DNA of 61,864 nt, counting the filler. It is 13 parts of 13 records of this genome, joined end to end, with 100 filler letters (N's around TTAATTAATTAA, not from the genome) between each part and the next. Parts side by side here need not be neighbours in the genome. Positions count along the whole stretch, not along the records: positions 47,728 to 51,297 come from SRR15195285_3393; positions 51,398 to 57,627 come from SRR15195285_3400; positions 57,728 to 61,864 come from SRR15195285_3402; 10 more parts are not named here. One strand, written 5' to 3'. How positions within the stretch are numbered: position 1 is the stretch's first letter; every line of letters starts with the position of its first letter. A program made the position numbers and the translations under genes. This document shows positions 49,455 to 59,719 of the stretch, in pieces. The notes under the pieces were generated by a model that saw only the letters and a list, made by a program, of their open reading frames with translations, did not search any database and was not told where the DNA came from.

Positions 49455-51173
49455 TCAGGAGCGACTGTCACAATTGCCCCAGACGCGACTCACGAACAGC
49501 TCCCAGATGACTGTCGTGTCTATCTCGCCATGCCGCCATGGCACCTCAGTCCTGCCCACATCTCCTGTGGCCTCTCGCACTGCGTTTCGCACCCGGGCCA
49601 GGTCGTAGTCTAGCGCAAGCACGCTATACCTGTCGAGACTGCCGGGGTCGGGGGCTGATGAAGCGACCATGCTCGGCAGCTTCGGTTCCCCAGGCACGGC
49701 CGCGCCTAGCGACTCGAGCACTACGATCGCCTCGTCTGCGCTCAAATCTGCGAAAAGGTGAAAGCTGTCACGAAAGGGCGAGACGATCATCGTGTCATCG
49801 CGAGTGAGCTCGCCGGCGTAGATATCAAAGCGCAAGCCCCCACTACCAGCGACCAGAATCTGTGTCGGATTGAAGGTGGGTTCAAATACCACAGCTGGTA
49901 TGACTTCTTCCAAAGCCAATCTCCACAATGAATCCGGAGCGTCGAGGTCGTTGCGCCGGCGGTAACGGAGTGGGCCGTCGGCGGGCGTGCACCCTAGCAC
50001 CTCGTCTAGCGCAAACATTTCGCGCACTCGCGAGATTTCCTCTTTGACTAACGCACCCGCCGGGAGCGGGAAATCTCCGGGCTCGACCTGCGCTACCGCA
50101 GCCAGGTTCTCGACGTTTGTCGCCAGATATTCGTATTCAAACCAGGTGCTAGACAGATTGGAATATCCATCAGCAGGGGCAACGCGAGCGCTGGCTGTGG
50201 TGGAAGGGATGTCGAAACCGATCATTCCGATCGTGTCGAAGTATCGTCCCGACTCCAGCAGCCCAGCGTTTTCATCGAGCCTCGAGAACACGCGGATGTG
50301 CGTGTGACCTGCCAAGACCACCATAGGTAGATGTGCGCCACCCGGTGCTGCTCGAACTGCCGCGCGAATCACCTCGACAGCCTCGTCTGTCCACCCCATA
50401 TGCGCGAGCACGGCGACACCCACCACCTCCGCGGCATGCGCGGCGACTGCCTGCGCGAACCAAGGCTCTGCGACTGCCTGCTCCACCCACTGGACAAAGG
50501 AGTTCGGGGAGAACGAGCCAAAGTTGAACAAGAACCCGAACGCCAAGAGATTTCGCCCACTGTTCGGGCCGCGAAGCACGGTGTGGCGCACGGACAGCGG
50601 TTCCATCTGCTGCTCTCGCGCGCTACTGTTCGATCCAGTGGAGCCCAGCGGGCGGTAGAACTGGTTCGACGTGACACAACGTTCTCCAAAGTGCTCTAAC
50701 AACCCGCCTGGCTTGCGGAGGTTTTCGACTGTGGAGTCCTCGTACAGCTCGTGGTTTCCGATCGTGAGCGCGTCGTACGGCACCATGCGCAGGATGGGCG
50801 TCAGAAACTCCCCGGCGACCGGTGTAGCGTCGCTCATACCCGTGCCATCGACAAGGTCGCCAGTATTGACGACGAATAGCTCCACACCACGCTCGCGCGC
50901 TCTGTCCCGCATGTGGCTGATGAACGAGACGAGATCGCCGTAGTCAGCGTCAACGCCTTCATGGCGATTGCCCGCCACGAACGAGTGCACGTCGGTCAGA
51001 TGCAGGATGTTGATGTCGCGCCATTCCACGGCACCGCTGCGCGGCTGCAGCGGCCGCGACTCGAGCTGGTAGTCCACCCTCCCGGCGCCCTGTGGCAGCG
51101 CTGCCGTGCGGCCACCGCTCCACACGAGCACCGCCAGCAGCAGCGCCACGTCAGAACGGGGCGTCATGCCCAT
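49455..51173 (-). CDS. Secreted calcineurin-like metallophosphoesterase / 5'-nucleotidase-like (yeast YHR202W type)
   Basis: INILHLTDVH, TGDLVDGTGMSD, GNHELY, GHTHIR, LESGRYFDTIG, GGLRFDI. Signal peptide follows ATG 51173/51167. Confidence 0.88.
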   Translation of the reverse strand: MGMTPRSDVALLLAVLVWSGGRTAALPQGAGRVDYQLESRPLQPRSGAVEWRDINILHLTDVHSFVAGNRHEGVDADYGDLVSFISHMRDRARERGVELFVVNTGDLVDGTGMSDATPVAGEFLTPILRMVPYDALTIGNHELYEDSTVENLRKPGGLLEHFGERCVTSNQFYRPLGSTGSNSSAREQQMEPLSVRHTVLRGPNSGRNLLAFGFLFNFGSFSPNSFVQWVEQAVAEPWFAQAVAAHAAEVVGVAVLAHMGWTDEAVEVIRAAVRAAPGGAHLPMVVLAGHTHIRVFSRLDENAGLLESGRYFDTIGMIGFDIPSTTASARVAPADGYSNLSSTWFEYEYLATNVENLAAVAQVEPGDFPLPAGALVKEEISRVREMFALDEVLGCTPADGPLRYRRRNDLDAPDSLWRLALEEVIPAVVFEPTFNPTQILVAGSGGLRFDIYAGELTRDDTMIVSPFRDSFHLFADLSADEAIVVLESLGAAVPGEPKLPSMVASSAPDPGSLDRYSVLALDYDLARVRNAVREATGDVGRTEVPWRHGEIDTTVIWELFVSRVWGNCDSRS

Positions 51174-51241
51174 CAGGAGGCGCCTCACTCTACAGTATGG
51201 CGGCGAAAAGGGGGCGACCACCTCTCCGCTGCCTTGTCTGG

Positions 51242-51297
51242 TGGGTTGGATTCGTTGGGAGTACGAAAAACCCACTGATAACTGCAGTGCACCCCTC
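51242..51297. repeat. Longest copy of the dispersed contig-end repeat
   Basis: Contains both the segment matching 41461-41481 and the segment matching 47731-47761. Confidence 0.9.
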
Positions 51298-51742
51298 NNN
51301 NNNNNNNNNNNNNNNNNNNNNNNNNNNNNNNNNNNNNNNNNTTAATTAATTAANNNNNNNNNNNNNNNNNNNNNNNNNNNNNNNNNNNNNNNNNNNNCGT
51401 GGCTCTGTTTTTGTACTTATAATCAACAAAATCAATACGAGTGTATGTACGACCCTCTGGTAGCGAGCCGCAGCCGCACTATACTACAGCTCATAGCAGA
51501 GCCCGCAGCACAGAGCACAGCCCCGTGCTACTGCTGGCCTGCCTCTAGAGGCTGTAGCGAGGGCGCAGCCAGCTGCCCGAGCCCCGCGGGGCTGGGGGTG
51601 GGGGTGGGCTTGGGCTGAGAGGGTGGCGGGAAAACGGAGCGACGCTGCGAAACGGACGGTGCATTGAGATACAGCTACAGGTACAGCACAGGAGAACCGA
51701 GGGGGGGGAGACGCCCCGGGGCTGGCGCTGGCGGGGGCTGTG

Positions 51743-52714
51743 ATGTCGAAGGGGGCGGTGGCGCAGCGGGCGGGGCCGAACCCGGACGACTTCCAGGGGT
51801 GGGAGCATGCGTCGGCGGCGACGCGGCTGCTGCAGCGGCGGCGGCAGATGTTTGAGATCCAGGAGCAACTAGAGGCCGAGAAGGCCGAGTACCGCAACCG
51901 CGAGGCGCTTTTCAAGAAGCGCGAGGAGGAGCTGGAGGCAAAGGACCTCGAGCTGCAGGAAAGCTTGGTGAAGTACTCCAAGTTCCTGCAGGAGAAGGAC
52001 AGCAACCGCATCCGCGCGGACAAGAAGGCGAACGACGAGCGGCGCATCACCGAGCAAAAGGACATCGAGATCAAGGAGCTCAGGGAGAAGCTCGCGATGC
52101 TGCGCACGCGCTACTCCCAGCTCAACGTGGAGCTGAGCAAGAACATCAGGTACCAGAAGTACATGGACCTGGTGGTGGATGGCTCGGCTGGGGAGTACAG
52201 CGAGCACGAGGACGTGCGCGGGAGGTGGCTGCTGCTGGACGAGCTGAAGACGGAGGTGAACAGCCACGCCGAGTTCTTCCTCGAGGGGAACGAGAAGTAC
52301 AAGCAGCGGCTGCTGACGCTAACGGAGGCCAAGGAGGGCGAGATCCTGGAGTGCCAGAACGAGATCCAGAAGATGAAGCAAGAGTACGAGGCGCTGAAGC
52401 TCGAGTCGACCGTCCTGCAGGAGGAGGCGCGGAAGGAGGCGACGAGAAAGCAGGACAGGGCGCTGAAGCTCGGCCAGGTGAAGATGGCGTGCGACAGCAT
52501 CTACGAACGGTTGGCCACGAAGTCGAAGGTGGTGCTGAAGAAGGCAGCCAAGCCGGATGATACCATTATGGTGCTGGCCAAGTGCGGCGACGTGCTCGCT
52601 GATCTAATGCAGATCGTCGAGGACTACAAGGCAACGGAACCGGGCAATCGGGTGGAGGTGGCGTCAACACGAGGCAACAGCTCCGATGACGCCGTCGGCT
52701 CGACTGTGGCTTAG
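51743..52714 (+). CDS. CFAP73/CCDC42 family (DUF4200) flagellar coiled-coil protein
   Basis: SAATRLLQRRRQMFEIQEQLE, REEELEAKDLELQESLVKYSKFLQEKDSNRIRA..KA..E, YQKYM..V. Coiled coil throughout. Confidence 0.88.
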   Translation: MSKGAVAQRAGPNPDDFQGWEHASAATRLLQRRRQMFEIQEQLEAEKAEYRNREALFKKREEELEAKDLELQESLVKYSKFLQEKDSNRIRADKKANDERRITEQKDIEIKELREKLAMLRTRYSQLNVELSKNIRYQKYMDLVVDGSAGEYSEHEDVRGRWLLLDELKTEVNSHAEFFLEGNEKYKQRLLTLTEAKEGEILECQNEIQKMKQEYEALKLESTVLQEEARKEATRKQDRALKLGQVKMACDSIYERLATKSKVVLKKAAKPDDTIMVLAKCGDVLADLMQIVEDYKATEPGNRVEVASTRGNSSDDAVGSTVA

Positions 52715-52906
52715 CGGCGATTCCAACTGGATACGGTACCCCGTATGTAGGTATCCTCAGCGCGCGCTGTAGTAGTAGCACTGACTGAGGTCTGTCATCT
52801 GTCAAGTTTCAAGATTAGCTTTTTTCATCTTGATTCATGCTCACATTTACTCAGCGTCCTGATCCACAGGATAACGGTACATCGCTGCTGCGTTGCTTGC
52901 CGCTCG

Positions 52907-55900
52907 CTATGCCTTCGCTTTCTTGCTGGCGCGCTTCCGACCGGCGGGTGCTCCTGACTCTTGCCGCTTTCCTCCGCCTCCGGCTTTGCCTGCCCGCGAC
53001 GTCTTGGCCTTCTTCGTTCCCGCGCTAGAGCCATCGTTCGTCTTGACCCCTTTGCGCTTCGTTGCGCCCTTGCCCTTGCCTCTGCCTTGCTTGCCGCGAC
53101 CTTTCGGCGAGATGCCGTCGTCGTCATCAGAGACACCGTCAGAAATCTCGTCTCCTTCAACCAGCTCTTTCTCGTCAGCGAGCTCGGTCTCGACATCCTG
53201 ATCGCCATCTGTGGCTCCGTGCGGACCAATGACGCAGTCGACATCGTCCGCTGCTGGAGGTTCCTCGATCTCGACCAGTCCTCTCGGATTGTGCGGCTCA
53301 CCAACAGAAGGTGTGCCTTCGAAGATCCCTAGGAGGAAGGCCTTGCCGATTGCGGAGGCGACCCTGGCGCATACAGCATTCCCGACCTGCTCAAACTTTT
53401 TGTCCGGCGGACCCATCAAGAAGTGCGTGTCCGGAAAGCCTTGCATCCGTGCGTACTCTCTGGCGCTGAAGGAGCGGGGCTGCGCCGGGTGCTGGTTCTT
53501 GTGAGAGTGAATTTGCATACGGCAAATGCATGTCGGGTAGATCTCGTCCCACCATGCGCGGCCCAGCGCGTGCTTGAAGCCTCGATTTTTCACCCGCGAG
53601 TTCACAGCATACTGAGGCACAATGCACTTGCTAGGGTCGCGGCCGTCCCCCGGGGGGAGCTTCTCGCCGTAAACGTTGTTGTCCTTCTCCGCGTGCCACT
53701 TGAAGAAGCGGACGGTCGATCGCTTATCCTTGGAGAGCTCACCGAGGGTGGACCAGTCTGCGCCCTTTTTGAGCGGAATGTGCTCCGCCCTAAATTTATC
53801 ATCCGCATTCATCGCCAGCGGGATGTGGTTGTACAGTGTTTTGCCTGCACCACGACGATAGTAGGCAAGCACACGTTTCGGGTCCGAATACACTATGCCC
53901 CTTTCCTTGCTGTCTCGCTGTATCTCTGCGCACCACTGCTGGTTACGCCCCTCGTACGAGATCTCATCTCGCTTTTCGTCGTTGGTAATTGGTGGAAAAT
54001 CTTGGAGGATGTCCCCCATGCGAACCTCGCGCCACAGGCGCCGGTCAGCAGGCGCGCGCACAAGGCAGCCAGATAGCTCGACCGGCATGACAGTGTTTCG
54101 CCGGACAGCACGATGCGTCGGCATGGGGAAGCCAGGCAAAGTTTTGCCTTGCTTCGCGCCCCAAATGAAGCAACGTAGGCGGTACTGTGCCACACCAAAA
54201 TCGCCGGCGACGATGAAGCCAGGGCGGCACTGGTATCCCATCTCAATGTTGCGCGAAATCGCAAAGCGCCCATAAATCCCCGCCCAGCTGGAGGGAAATT
54301 TAAATACGTCCGCGACATTCTCTAGCAGTGACCAGGTGGGGTTCAGGGCTTTAACTAGCTCATAAAAGATCAACATCTGGCGGTTCTTGGGATCACCCAG
54401 TGGGTTGGTGTCGTTGCGGAATCGATTGAAGCCACTGACACCTTGGCACGGCGGGCCACCACAGATTAGGTCGCATCGCCCTTGGAAACTGGCGTCGGAG
54501 TCAGAGTCGGCGGGGCACATGCGAGGCACGCGTTCCTCCTTATTGACCAAGCGAACCCAGTCGGCCATCACGGCAGGCGCCTCTATCTGTTCTTCTGTCT
54601 TCCATTCGTCGAACTCGGGCGCCCATCCTTTCCATCGAATTTTGAACTCTAGATCACCAACCATTCCTTTGCCGACCTGCCCGCGACGGAACGGGTGATT
54701 TTTCACATCTACCTTGTTCGCAGCGCCACCCATCACGCGCATTTCAACGATCTTCTCGATCTCGTACTCCTCCTCATCTGAGCCATCCTGCTCCTCTTCT
54801 TGCACTTCCTCTACCAAAGTCTTCCCTTGGACCACCATTGGGATCCATGCATGAGCGGCAGAGAGCCCTGGCACGTTACTGGCTTTCGTTACTTTGATCC
54901 ATGAGTCGCCAACTACGGTGTAGGTCCCCTTCTTTGCGGTGAACTCAGTCCCGAGGGCCAAATGGGTCACCGGCGTGTTGGTCACTGGTGCCTCGACAGC
55001 CGCAGGCGCAGTGACTGCGTGGTCTGCACCCGTTTCTTTCTTCTTTTTGCTGGTTTTGGTGTTGTACATAGTCACTTCCGGCTTCTTGTTGTACACCGGA
55101 ACGCCGATGGGATCATCAACCCTCACGGTGTAGGTAACATCTCGAGTCCATCCCCACTCTTGCTTTTTGCCGTCGACAGCCTTCCGAAGTTGCTCGTTCA
55201 GAGCCTGCTCTTCGGAATTGTCGCGGTAATAGCCAGGCCCCTCCTCGCCAGTCCCGAACGCAAATCCAGGCTTCACACCTGCGAACGTTGCGGCCGGGAT
55301 GTACTTCCCGCCCACACCGTCAGTGTGATCATGTGATTCAGCGATTGACACAGCGACACGATCAGCAAGGGCTTTCTTAGCCTGTTTTGCCGCGAGAATA
55401 TCTGCCTGCACTTGTGCCTCTGCTTCTGCCACCTTCTGCATTAGAGCACTTACGGAGTCGTCCTCCCCTTCCACATCGCCCATGGTCGCAAGCAGCTCCC
55501 GGGCCTTACTTAGAGCTTCAGTGCTAAGTTTTGCGCCAGTTCCAAGCTTGACTGCCTGTTGCAGCGCCTGTACTGTCTCGGCTTTAGCCGCATCGGTGTC
55601 TGCTGCGCCAGCCTGTTCCAGCGCCTTGGTCAGGCTTTCGGTGGCTTCCTTCTGTTTCGCCGCAAGCTTGGTCGCGGCTTGCCTGCCTTTTGCACCAGCA
55701 AGCCACTCTTCGTAGCGTCCTTTGTCGCCATCAATCTCCAAGCGAGCGACAGTCTTGACAGCACGTCGTGAGCGACGCGCGCCATCGTGATCGTCCTCGG
55801 CGGTCTCGTCAACCTGCATGTCAGTGTCCGTGTCCTCCGGCGGTGCCTCCTGCTCCTTCTCGTCTTCCTCCTCCTCCTCGCTGTCGTCGCTTGGCACCCA

Positions 55901-57534
55901 ATTTTCGTAGCGTGTGCAGAGATCATCCCACTTCTTAACGAGGAACAAAAAGTCATCGACTGACATGTGATATGCGTGCACCTCGGGCCGATTATGCTTC
56001 CAAGATGCCACCGCGGACTCGTCAAAGTCGACAGCCCATTTAGTTTCGAGCTTGACTGTCTCCCCCTTCATAGTCATATCGGAGTCCATGTAGCCCATGC
56101 CACCCGTGCCAGCGTACACGTCGCACACGGAAATTACCCTTGGGCTCTTGCTCTTGCTCTTGGCTTTGGCGGGTACACCTTTGCCTTTGGCTTCGCCTCC
56201 GGCGACAGAAGCTCCCTGCTCCGGATGGCTGAGAGGGTACGGGGTGTCCTCGCGAAGGTCCTGAAATACCTTCCGCTCAGGCTCGTAGCTGAGATCGTAG
56301 TAGAAATCCGCCTCCTCCAGCTGCTGAACCGTGGCATCAGGCTTGTAGACGCAGTCCACTTTGCCCAGGATGAGCGACACGCTGTTCTCGTCCAGGCCGC
56401 CGCATTCGTAGTTCTCGCTGCTCTCATCAAGGGGCGGCAACTTCTGCAGATACACCCGTCGAGGGTCTGGGGCGTAGATGTGATCCTCGCATAGTGCTGT
56501 CGCCATCGTCTTCAGCACCGTCTCTTTGGCGCGCCAGCACCAGCGCGCCGCAAACATCATTTTCGGCTTGCCGTCATCGTCGAGGGCGCCCGTGCACGAC
56601 CAGAGCTCCTCGACAATGGCTAGCCCAAACTCCTCGTGATCCTCCGTGCCGTCCTCGCCAACGACCAAAACTTTGACCGTGTCCCCGAGCTTGATCAGTG
56701 CGCCGTCGACAGTGACTTCCGACCAGTTCTTCGTGCCGCTGGGCCGCGGGCGGTGTGGCCAGCGCTGCGCGGCCTCCTTCGGACTGATCGCGCTGCCCGA
56801 CCACTGGGCGTCGCCGAACGCGTCCAGCTCCCGAGCCAATTTGTTGAGCACGCCTTTCCCGAACTTGGTGGCGAAGGCGGAGCGGGCCATCCAGGTGGAG
56901 GTCGGGCAGTCCACCCACTTCACTTTCACCTCATCCACGCCCTCGACACTGCGCGTGCCCACCAGCTTCGCGGGCTTGGCGCCGCCCTTGGCGCCTTGGT
57001 CGCGGCCGGCAGCGCCGCCTGCTGCATCCGGGAGGGCCACGCTGCCGAGGTTGCGCGACGAACCACGGCTCAGCACGGCGCCAGTGTTGACCACCTTGGC
57101 CTCGGAGCCGTGCGCACGGTTGTACTCCTCGACCAGCGGCAGCAGCTGCGGGCGCTTCTGCAAGTCTTCCTGCAGGACCCACTCCTCCTGCGCCGCGCCG
57201 CTGCCGTCCACCCACGCCACGAGGTACTCGACGCGCACGTTCCGCCCCGACTTCCAGCGGCTTTGGCGCTTGTCGGCGATGCGCTCCGAGCTGCGCATCG
57301 GCGAGGTCTGGACGCCCCCATCGGCCCCCGCCGCCGCCTTGAAGCCCTTCGTCCGTGTCGGGTCGTCGGTCGCGCCACGCGCCGCCGCGTACGGCCAGGA
57401 GAGCTTGGGCTTGGCGAGGCCGAGCTTCGCCTCGTATGCCTCGATGGCGCCGTCTGCGCCGTCTAGATGGCCCACCGGCTCCCAGGTGTCGTCGGCCTCG
57501 CCGTAGCCCTTCCAACGCACCTTGTACTCCACAC
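52907..57534 (-). CDS. CMT: Chromomethylase (CMT)-type DNA cytosine-5 methyltransferase with extra N-terminal chromodomains; 5'-truncated (acceptor AG ending at 57535)
   Basis: EAAQRWPHR followed by a BAH domain. Motif I DVYAGTGGM, LETKWAVD, DFLFLVKKWDDLC. Chromodomain inside the catalytic domain (EYEIEKIV...FKIRWKGW...DEW). Motif IV GGPPCQGVSGFNRFR, VI ENV, VIII QYRLR, IX REYARMQGFPD, X QVGNAV. Confidence 0.95.
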
Positions 57535-58258
57535 CTGCTCCCCCAACGGACCAGACCTCTGCATCAGCGTGTATGCTGAGAGAGTGCATCTGTGTGTGGT
57601 GGGGGGGGGGGGGCGGGGGGGGGGGGGNNNNNNNNNNNNNNNNNNNNNNNNNNNNNNNNNNNNNNNNNNNNTTAATTAATTAANNNNNNNNNNNNNNNNN
57701 NNNNNNNNNNNNNNNNNNNNNNNNNNNCGCCTCTCGCCACGACTCCCACTTCTCCTTTCCGCCATGCTTCGCGAGCGCCCCAACCATTGTGAGAGTATGC
57801 TACGTAGCCCGTAGGGCCCTCTCGCTCATTGAATTCCAAAATATACGAGCGTCAATAACATACTGCATCCCAGTGCGTGGGTGCGTGCACACGACGTCAG
57901 GAACGCGCCGTGACCCATCCGCACCAACCCGTGCGTTGTCCCAATACTTCACTTCCTTATCCACTCCCACCATCCCACAATCACGATTGATGCATGTGTG
58001 TTAACACATGCATGCACGTGTGCGCTGCGGCGACATATATATATATACGCACGCGCGCGCGCCGCGGCCCTCATTAGCGCGCGACCGATTTATCTCTGGG
58101 GAAGTCTTTAAGGCCCTGCCTCGCAAGCCGCCTCATCGTGCGCGCGCTCGCTCGTATGCGCTAGAGCTATCATAGTAAGGACACGCGTACAGCGCCCGGC
58201 GACTCGGTTCGCGTTTCCCGCCGAGTGGTGCAGCGCAGCAACTGCACGTGTGTGCGTG

Positions 58259-59701
58259 ATGACGTCCCGGAGGGTGCAATTATATATATCGGCGCTGCTG
58301 GCAGGCACAGCCGCGGCTGCTAGTGCTGCAGGGCTTCAGCAGCACGGTGAATCAGAGAACCGCGGTATTTTGACAGGAGAGTTTCCCACCGTGGAGGCGG
58401 TGCTGAATGCAATGGGGAAAGTAGATTCGTACTTCCAGGCGAGCTCAGATGACAAGATCAATGGCTACCCTAACAATGACTGGACAGGTGGCGTGTATGC
58501 GGCTGGATTGATGGCCCACTACCACGCATCCAAGAGCGCATCGCGGCGACAGCAGTTGCTCGAGTACGGTGTGCAATGGGGCGACTCGCATGGCTGGCAG
58601 TTAGCAGGCTACCGTGGCTGTCATGGCTCGCTCGGCTGCCCGGACAACATTTGCGCTGGTCACGCTTTCGCAGAGCTCTCAGTGCAGACATCGGCGACTC
58701 ATGGCCAGCCCAACGCGACAATGCTGGGAGGGGTGCGCAATGCGATCGAGTCGGCGAGTCAGCGTGCATGCAATGTGAACGCAAATCGCTCGCAGGCCAA
58801 GGACAGTGACGAGTGTTGGTGGTGGGTGGACGCGCTCTTCATGGCACTGCCCACCTATGCCCGCGTCGGAGCACTCGTTGACGATGGCGCCTCAGCTAAA
58901 CAAATCTGGGATGCAGCCCGCGCGCAGTGAGTGCCTACTCAAGTCAATGTCCTCAGATCTTGGACAGCAAATGCAGCAGCAACATGCTGTGACATGCATA
59001 ATTACCTCCCTTTGATCTGTGCAAGATTCTGAGTGGTGTTTGTCGACAATGCTGTGCGGAGCAGATACAACATTACTGCTTTTGGCATCAACGCGTCGGG
59101 CGGTGACGCTTTCAACCTCTGGTCGCCTGAAAATTCGTTGTTCTACCGCGACGACTCCTTCGTTGGCAAGCAGGCGCGCAATGGCCGCCCGGTATTCTGG
59201 GCTCGTGGCGTTGGCTGGGCGTTCGGCGCGATGGCGCGTGCTCTAGATGCGCTGCCGATTTCGCGGGCTGCTGATCGCGCAGAATATGCCTCGAAGCTAG
59301 TCAGTTTGGCAGGAAAGCTAAAGTCGCTGCAAGGTGTGGACGGGTGCTGGCGTTCGTCCCTTGAGGATCCAGAGGAGTTCCCGCAAATTGAGACAACGGG
59401 GACCTCACTCAATGTGTTTGGTATGGCGTACGGGATCAATGCTGGCCTGTTGCCAAAGGCTGAGTATAGTGCAATCGCTGCCAAGGGATGGGCCTGCCTC
59501 AATCGTCCCTCACCTGTTGGTGCGGTGGATGAGGATGGCCGCCTCGGCTGGTGTCAGCCGGGTGGAGCAGCGCCGATGGGCAACTTCAACTCGAGCACGA
59601 CGTCTGATTTTTGCGTAGGGACATTCTTGCTTGCGGGCAGTGAAATTGCGAAGCTGGTGCGTGGAACTAAGCCACACCACATACTGCTGGGTAGCGGATG
59701 A
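58259..59701 (+). CDS. Secreted GH105/GH88-family unsaturated glycuronyl hydrolase, 2 exons (58259-58926, 59065-59701)
   Basis: NDWTGGVY, PDNICAG, WWWVDALFM, LFYRD, FWARGVGW, GCWRSSL, ETTGT, GTFLLAGSE. Intron 58927-59064. Confidence 0.9.
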
Positions 59702-59719
59702 ATTCTGCGCCAGGTTTTA

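Noticed and set aside
51174-51275. N-terminal 'MGFSYSQRIQPT...' extension of the phosphoesterase ORF
   Set aside because: Begins at a non-ATG codon inside the dispersed repeat; the real start is more likely ATG 51173/51167, before the signal peptide.
56636-57506. Long antisense ORFs (276 and 286 aa) opposite CMT, and similar ones opposite other genes
   Set aside because: Expected shadows of GC-rich codon usage; no motifs.
52907-57534. Methyltransferase as part of a restriction-modification system or a retrotransposon
   Set aside because: BAH/chromodomain architecture is chromatin-type; no nuclease, reverse transcriptase, integrase or recombinase is visible on the contig, although the 5' side is missing.
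4563-57727. Regularly recurring TTAATTAATTAA flanked by Ns
   Set aside because: Artificial concatenation linker with six-frame stops; not biological, and genes on different contigs are not neighbours.
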